Source of the DNA: Isurus oxyrinchus
Lineage: Eukaryota
Assembly (NCBI GenBank): GCA_026770705.1
Contig: JANJGN010000002.1
Coordinates: 208,940,001-209,004,000 of the forward strand
Length of the DNA stretch: 64,000 nt
Direction: 5' to 3'
The first letter of the stretch is position 1, and each line of letters begins with the position of its first letter. Of the stretch, positions 58,101 to 64,000 are shown piece by piece. A program made the translations under genes and the position numbers. The notes below the pieces were generated by a model. That model worked only from the letters and a program-made list of their open reading frames with translations. It was not told the origin of the DNA and ran no database searches.

Positions 58101-61100
58101 CAACCATCTTCAATTGCTTCATCAATGGCCTACAGAAGTAGGGATGTTTGCTGCTGGTTGCACAGTGTTCAGTACCTTTTCCAATTCCTGAAATAATGAT
58201 GCACTTCCAAAACAACATTTCAAAATTCATAACAATCTTTCAAATATATGTATATTTATAATGTACAACAAAAGCACGATACCTGTCCTGAGCATATCTC
58301 ACAAATTCAACTGGATCAAAAGACATATTTGATTCCATTTACTGCAACTTTCAAAGTACTCCTTCTTCTAGTGACACCAAAGACAACTGGTGATGCAGAA
58401 TTCACGTCAGGTGGAAGCTTCGGAGAGAGAAACCAATTCTTGTACTGGTACTGATCTGAAACAAATATTTTGCACTTCACTCTATGGAATCTTCCTCAAC
58501 ATCTGAGTCTTGACAAGATTTTCTGTTTTAATTTCAGATAACACAACAAAGGATTCTTCACAGTTTGATCTGGAAAACAATACAGGAAATGAAACATCAA
58601 GAGCAGAAAACCCTCCTTCAACATTTCCACCATCAACAGGTATGTAAAATTGAACTCCAGCTATTACATGTCAAAATATGGATGTGAGTTCAAAATTCAG
58701 GGACTTTCCCGTCTTTTACTGGTTCTGGTCATTACAAGAGCAAACACGACCACATTTCCTGAATGTTGCTGAATGAGCACAGAAACGGAACCATTAATAA
58801 ATGCCAGAATTCCTTCAACCCATTAACGTTAGTATCTATGGCAACTGTTATGGACTGTGTCAATCTGACTGATGCAGTTTAAGAGGTACAAACAAGACCA
58901 AATGTGATCTCCAGCACAGAACTTAATATCCACCACAATGCCAATCCAGTGACTGGGTTTGGGGCCATGTAATTTGATGGGAGTGTGCAAAGTGGAGATC
59001 AAGCTGCGAGTCAGAAGGATAAAGGGCAGCCTTCCTGCCAGGAATCCACATTTGGCTCTTAAGGAGCTGCATGACAGCCTCACGCTGCCAACAATGATAT
59101 TCAATCATTCAGCATGATATCAGTCTCGTACATTAAATGCCGCCCATAAAGTTGCGAAATATGTTCTTGTTGCTATTCTTTCTTAGGAATGGATCGTTAT
59201 TTTCCATTCTTGGCACAGATTTGCAGCAATGAACAAAATCCAGTTAAGAGGCAACTTAGCATCGCAAAGGTCATAAAATATCTGCTGTAGTCAAAGACTT
59301 TTTAATTATGCTAATGCACACTTATACTATAATTCTTCACCATAATGACAGAAACAATAGCAGTAACATAATAGGAAATAGCATTAAAATCTGCTCATTC
59401 ATGCTCAGTTTGTGTTTCTCATTGACCGATCAACTTCAAACCCCGTTATTCTTAGTTCAAAATGGACAAATTAGATAAATTGCAGAAGTGAGATGAGAAT
59501 AGCTGCCCATGACATCTACTCAGCATACATCAACATGTGGCTCTGAGAGCCTTAGCAAAATTGAGCATCCTGAGTGTTCTGGATCAATTACTCCACTCGT
59601 TGGGATCATACCGAGTACAATGGAAGATCGGAAGGGTTGTTCCACGTCGTTCATCTCACTCTATGGAAATCTCTGCAAGAATCCCTCAGGGTAGGCTTCT
59701 CGGCCCAACCATCTTCAATTGCTTCAACAATGGCCTTCAGAAGTAGGGATGTTTGCTGCTGGTTGCACAGTGTTCAGTGCCTTTTCCAATTCCTGAAATA
59801 ATGATGCGCTCCCTAAACAACATTTCAAAATTTGTAACAAACTTTCAAGTATATGTATATTTATAATGTATGACAAAAGCAGGAAACCTGTCCTAAGCAG
59901 ATCTCACAAATTGAACTCGATCAAAACACATAGTTGGTTCCATTGACTGCAACTTTCAAAGTTCTCCTTCCTCTGGTGACACCAAAGACAACTGGTGATG
60001 CAGAATTCACGTCAGGTGGAAGCTTTGGAGAGAGAAACCAATTCTTGTACTGGTACTGATCTGAAACAAATATTTGACTCTTCACCCAACGGAATTTCCT
60101 CAACCTCTGAGTCTTTACAAGATTTTCTGTTTTAATTTCAGATAACGCAACAAAGGATTCTTCACATTTTGGTCTAGAAAACATTACAGGAAATGAAACA
60201 TCAAGAGCAGAAAACCGTCCTTCAACATTTCCACCATCAACAGGTGTGTAAAATGGAACTCCAGCTATCACATTTCAAAACATGGATGTGAGTTCAAAAT
60301 TCACGTCTATTACTGGTCTTGGTCATTACAAGAGCAAACACGACAGCATTGCCTGAATGTTCAGAATCGAGCACAGAAATGGAACCATTAATAATTCCAG
60401 AATTCCTTCAACCTATGTAACATTAGTATCTATGGCAACTGTTATAGACTGTGTCAATCTGATTGGTGCAGTTTAAAAGGTATTTACAAGACCAAATGTG
60501 GTCTACAGCGCAGAACTTAATGTCCACCACAGATGTCAATCCAGACACTGGGTTTGGGGCCATGTAATTTGATGGCAGTGTGCGGAGTGGAGATCAAGCT
60601 GCGAGTCAGAAGGATAAGGGGCATGCCTTCCTGCCAGGAATCCACATTCAGCCCTTAAGGAGCTGCATAAGGGCCTCACTCTGCCAGCAATGATATTCAA
60701 CCAGTCAGCATGACGCCAGTCACGTACATTAAATGCCACCCATAAAGTTGCAAAATATATTCTTGTTACCATTCTTTCTTAGGAATGGATCGTTATTTTC
60801 CATTCTTGGTACAGATTTGCAGCAATGAACAAAATCCAGTTAAGAGGCAACTTAGCATCGCAAAGGTCATAAAATATCTGCTGTAGTCAAAGACTTTTTA
60901 ATTATGCTAATGCACACTTATACTATAATTCTTCACCATAATGACAGAAACAATAGCAGTAACATAATAGGAAATAGCATTAAAATCTGCTCATTCATGC
61001 TCAGTTTGTGTTTCTCATTGACCGATCAACTTCAAACCCCGTTATTCTTAGTTCAAAATGGACAAATTAGATAAATTGCAGAAGTGAGATGAGAATAGCT

Positions 61101-63427
61101 GCCCATGACATCTACTCAGCATACATCAACATGTGGCTCTGAGAGCCTTAGCAAAATTGAGCATCCTGAGTGTTCTGGATCAATTACTCCACTCGTTGGG
61201 ATCATACCGAGTACAATGGAAGATCGGAAGGGTTGTTCCACGTCGTTCATCTCACTCTATGGAAATCTCTGCAAGAATCCCTCAGGGTAGGCTTCTCGGC
61301 CCAACCATCTTCAATTGCTTCAACAATGGCCTTCAGAAGTAGGGATGTTTGCTGCTGGTTGCACAGTGTTCAGTGCCTTTTCCAATTCCTGAAATAATGA
61401 TGCGCTCCCTAAACAACATTTCAAAATTTGTAACAAACTTTCAAGTATATGTATATTTATAATGTATGACAAAAGCAGGAAACCTGTCCTAAGCAGATCT
61501 CACAAATTGAACTCGATCAAAACACATATTTGGTTCCATTGACTGCAACTTTCAAAGTTCTCCTTCCTCTGGTGACACCAAAGACAACTGGTGATGCAGA
61601 ATTCACGTCAGGTGGAAGCTTTGGAGAGAGAAACCAATTCTTGTACTGGTACTGATCTGAAACAAATATTTGACTCTTCACCCAACGGAATTTCCTCAAC
61701 CTCTGAGTCTTTACAAGATTTTCTGTTTTAATTTCAGATAACGCAACAAAGGATTCTTCACATTTTGGTCTAGAAAACATTACAGGAAATGAAACATCAA
61801 GAGCAGAAAACCGTCCTTCAACATTTCCACCATCAACAGGTGTGTAAAATGGAACTCCAGCTATCACATTTCAAAACATGGATGTGAGTTCAAAATTCAC
61901 GTCTATTACTGGTCTTGGTCATTACAAGAGCAAACACGACAGCATTGCCTGAATGTTCAGAATCGAGCACAGAAATGGAACCATTAATAATTCCAGAATT
62001 CCTTCAACCTATGTAACATTAGTATCTATGGCAACTGTTATAGACTGTGTCAATCTGATTGGTGCAGTTTAAAAGGTATTTACAAGACCAAATGTGGTCT
62101 ACAGCGCAGAACTTAATGTCCACCACAGATGTCAATCCAGACACTGGGTTTGGGGCCATGTAATTTGATGGCAGTGTGCGGAGTGGAGATCAAGCTGCGA
62201 GTCAGAAGGATAAGGGGCATGCCTTCCTGCCAGGAATCCACATTCAGCCCTTAAGGAGCTGCATAAGGGCCTCACTCTGCCAGCAATGATATTCAACCAG
62301 TCAGCATGACGCCAGTCACGTACATTAAATGCCACCCATAAAGTTGCAAAATATATTCTTGTTACCATTCTTTCTTAGGAATGGATCGTTATTTTCCATT
62401 CTTGGCACAGATTTGCAGCAATGAACAAAATCCAGATAAGAGGCAACTTAGCATCGCAAAGGTCATAAAATATCTGCTGTAGTCAAAGACTTTTTAATTA
62501 TTCTAAAGCACACTTATACTATAATTCTTCACCATAATGACAGAAACAATAGCAGTAACATAATAGGAAATATCATTAAAACCTGCTTATTCATGGTCAG
62601 TTTGTGTTTCTCATTGTCCGATCAACTTCAAACCCCATTCATCTTAGTTCAAAATAGACAAATTAGATAAACTCCAGAAGTGAGATGAGAATGGCTGCCC
62701 ATGACATCTACTCAGCATACGTCAACATGTGGCTCTGAGAGCCTTAGCAAATTTGAGCATCCTGAGCGTTCTGGATCAATTACTCCAATCGTTGGGATCA
62801 TACCGAGCACAATGGAGGATCGGAGGGGTTGTTCCACGTCGCTCTATGGAAATCTCTGCAAGAATCCCTCAGGGTAGGCTTCTCGGCCCAATCATCTTCA
62901 ATTGCTTCATCAATGGCCTACTGAAGGAGGGATGTTTGCTGCTGGTTGCACAGTGTTCAGTACCTTTTCCAAACCCTGAGAAAATGATGCACTTCCTAAA
63001 CAACATTTCAAAATTCGTAACAAACTTTCAAATATATGTAAATTTCAAATATACAATAAAAGTAGGATTCCTGTCCTAAGCAGATCTCACAAGTTCAACT
63101 TGATCAAAACACATATTTGATTTCATTTACTGCAACTATCAAAATTGTCCTTCCTCTACTGACACCAAAGATAACTGTTGATGCAGAATCCAAGTCAGGT
63201 GGAAGTTTTGGAGAGAGAAACCAATTGTTCTACTGATAACGATCTGAAACTAATATTTTACTCTTCACTCTACGGAATCTGCTTCAACCTTTGAGACTTT
63301 ACAAGATTTTCTGTTTTAATTACAGATTACACCACAAAGGAATCTTCATATTTTGGTCTGGAAAACATTACAGGAAATGAAACATCAAGAGCGGAAAACC
63401 CTCCTTCAACATTTCCACCATCAACAG
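1091..63427 (+). CDS. Putative partial multi-exon CDS: 40 x 102-nt phase-1 exons encoding a 1360-aa mucin-like, N-glycosylation-rich 34-aa tandem repeat region (no start or stop in window)
   Basis: Exon starts (each 102 nt): 1091A 2679B 4258C 5864D 7470E 9074A 10662B 12241C 13847D 15453E 17057A 18653A 20241B 21820C 23426D 25032E 26636A 28232A 29820B 31399C 33005D 34611E 36215A 37811A 39399B 40984A 42580A 44168B 45747C 47353D 48959E 50563A 52159A 53747B 55326C 56932D 58538E 60142A 61738A 63326B. The first five were read directly; the rest were placed by unit offset and spot-checked. Exons have TTTTCTG(T/C)TTT(A/T)ATT(T/A)CAG acceptors and CAACAG|GT(A/G)TGT donors. Each junction G|AT gives Asp and the frame stays open. 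Introns are 1477-1504 nt. No transcript evidence is available. Confidence 0.72.
1926..2347 (+). mobile_element. LINE RT remnant, type B copy (9-nt internal deletion near 2194)
   Basis: Track ORF 2082..2432 contains ISARIPQGRLLGPIIFNCFINGL; same motif order as the type A copy. Confidence 0.85.
2679..2780 (+). CDS. Type B repeat exon (8 copies): (D)YTTKESSYFGLENITGNETSRAENPPSTFPPST
   Basis: ttttctgttttaattacag|ATTACACCAC...CCATCAACAG|gtatgtaa; 102 nt; sequons NIT, NET. Confidence 0.72.
3503..3933 (+). mobile_element. LINE RT remnant, type C copy
   Basis: NLLIHAQFLFL (ORF 3351..3596) and ISARIPQDSLLDPTIFNCFINGL (ORF 3659..3868). Confidence 0.85.
4258..4359 (+). CDS. Type C repeat exon (6 copies): (D)YNTKDSSHFELENITGNETSRAENPPSTFPPST
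   Basis: ttttctgttttaatttcag|ATTACAATAC...CCATCAACAG|gtatgtaa; 102 nt; sequons NIT, NET. Confidence 0.72.
4775..4798. other. Short inverted repeat GCCCTTAAG-aagctg-CTTAAGGGC (perfect 9-bp arms in type C, degenerate in other types)
   Basis: Read directly; the arms are exact reverse complements. The type A equivalent is gcccttaaggagctgcataagggc at 4-27. Confidence 0.8.
5102..5532 (+). mobile_element. LINE RT remnant, type D copy
   Basis: ISARIPQGRLLGPTIFNCFIHGL (ORF 5258..5617). Confidence 0.85.
5864..5965 (+). CDS. Type D repeat exon (6 copies): (D)YTTKESSHFGLENITGNETSRAEKAPSTFPPST
   Basis: ttttctgcttttatttcag|ATTACACCAC...CCATCAACAG|gtatgtaa; 102 nt. The peptide is visible at the end of track ORF 5713..5973. 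Confidence 0.72.
6708..7138 (+). mobile_element. LINE RT remnant, type E copy
   Basis: ISARIPQGRILGPTIFNCFINGL (ORF 6864..7073). Confidence 0.85.
7470..7571 (+). CDS. Type E repeat exon (6 copies): (D)NTTKDSSQFDLENNTGNETSRAENPPSTFPPST
   Basis: ttttctgttttaatttcag|ATAACACAAC...CCATCAACAG|gtatgtaa; 102 nt; sequons NTT, NNT, NET. Confidence 0.72.
8441..16423. repeat. 5-mer HOR variant ABCDE (7983 bp, single A)
   Basis: E tail, then A at 8441, then B directly at 10037; ORF track offset of 7983. Confidence 0.96.
16424..35581. repeat. Two 6-mer HOR copies AABCDE (9579 bp each; 16424-26002 and 26003-35581)
   Basis: The ORF set recurs at +9579. Confidence 0.97.
35582..40350. repeat. Truncated HOR AAB (4769 bp; C, D and E missing)
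   Basis: B at 38774 is followed at +1577 by an A-type unit carrying C-type upstream sequence. Confidence 0.96.
40351..59508. repeat. Two 6-mer HOR copies AABCDE (40351-49929 and 49930-59508)
   Basis: The ORF set recurs at +9579. Confidence 0.97.
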
Positions 63428-64000
63428 GTATGTAAAATTGAACTCCAGTAATCACATGTCAAACTATGGATGTGAGTTCAAAATTCAGGGACATCCCATC
63501 TTTTACTGGTCTTGGTCATTACAAGAGCAAACACAACAGTATTTCCTGAATGTTCAGAATCGAGCACAGAAACGGAACCATTAATAAATGCCAGAATTCC
63601 TTCAACCCATGTAACATTAGTATCTATGGCAACTGTTCTGAACAGTGTCAATCTGATTGATGCAGTTTAAGAGGTACTAACAAGACCAAATACAGTGCAG
63701 AACTTAATGTCCACCACAGATGCCAATCCAGGGACTGGGTTTGGGGCCATGTAATTTGATGGGAGTGTGCGCATTGGCAATCAAGCTGCGAGTCAGAAAG
63801 ATAAAGGGCAGCCTTCCTGCCAGGAATCCACATTCGGCGCGTAAGGAGCTGCATAAGGGCCTCACTCTGCCACCAATGTTATTCAACCAGTCGGCATGAC
63901 ACCAGTCACATATATTAAATGCCGCCCATAAATTACAAAATATGTTCTTGTTACTATTCTATCTTAGGAATGGATCGTTATTTTCCTTTCTTGGTACATG
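59509..64000. repeat. Partial HOR AAB..., cut by the window end
   Basis: A at 59509, A at 61105, B at 62701. Confidence 0.95.

Larger units (their letters stand above)
1..64000. repeat. Tandem array of 40 ~1.6 kb units (types A-E) with higher-order organisation; extends beyond both window edges
   Basis: The marker CCCATGACATC(T/A)ACTCAGCATAC recurs 40 times, with its ATG at 458, 2054, 3631, 5230, 6836, 8441 ... 62701. Spacings are A>A/A>B 1596, B>C 1577, C>D 1599, D>E 1606, E>A 1605. Order: ABCDE ABCDE AABCDE AABCDE AAB AABCDE AABCDE AAB. Confidence 0.99.

Noticed and set aside
458-63886. The many 60-126 aa ORFs in the supplied track as independent genes
   Set aside because: They are short, overlap in several frames, and open or close between monomer types. 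The plus-strand MALRALAKL ORFs are pieces of the decayed LINE RT. The minus-strand 870..1220 ORF is partly the antisense of the repeat exon.
1-64000. CRISPR array, rDNA/5S/tRNA/snRNA or histone gene tandem cluster
   Set aside because: There is no short repeat with unique spacers, and no recognisable rRNA, tRNA, snRNA or histone sequence in the unit.

Overview
The whole 64 kb is one eukaryotic tandem array of 40 consecutive ~1.6 kb units. There are five diverged unit types (A-E) arranged as a higher-order repeat (HOR): mostly AABCDE (9579 bp), one ABCDE (7983 bp) and one truncated AAB (4769 bp). HOR copies are near-identical. The supplied ORFs are incidental. The main hidden signal is a 102-nt plus-strand segment in every unit, bounded by a pyrimidine-rich AG acceptor and a CAG|GT(A/G)TGT donor. 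It is a symmetric phase-1 exon without stops or indels, encoding a 34-aa S/T/P-rich repeat with 2-3 N-glycosylation sequons (e.g. DYTTKESSHFGLENITGNETSRAEKAPSTFPPST). Spliced together, the 40 exons give 1360 aa of mucin-like repeat. The array therefore looks like the interior of one very large gene built by exon+intron tandem amplification; its start and end lie outside the window, so the gene cannot be named. Each intron also carries a decayed CR1/L2-type LINE reverse transcriptase fragment, tentatively shark-like. Splicing is inferred from sequence signals only.
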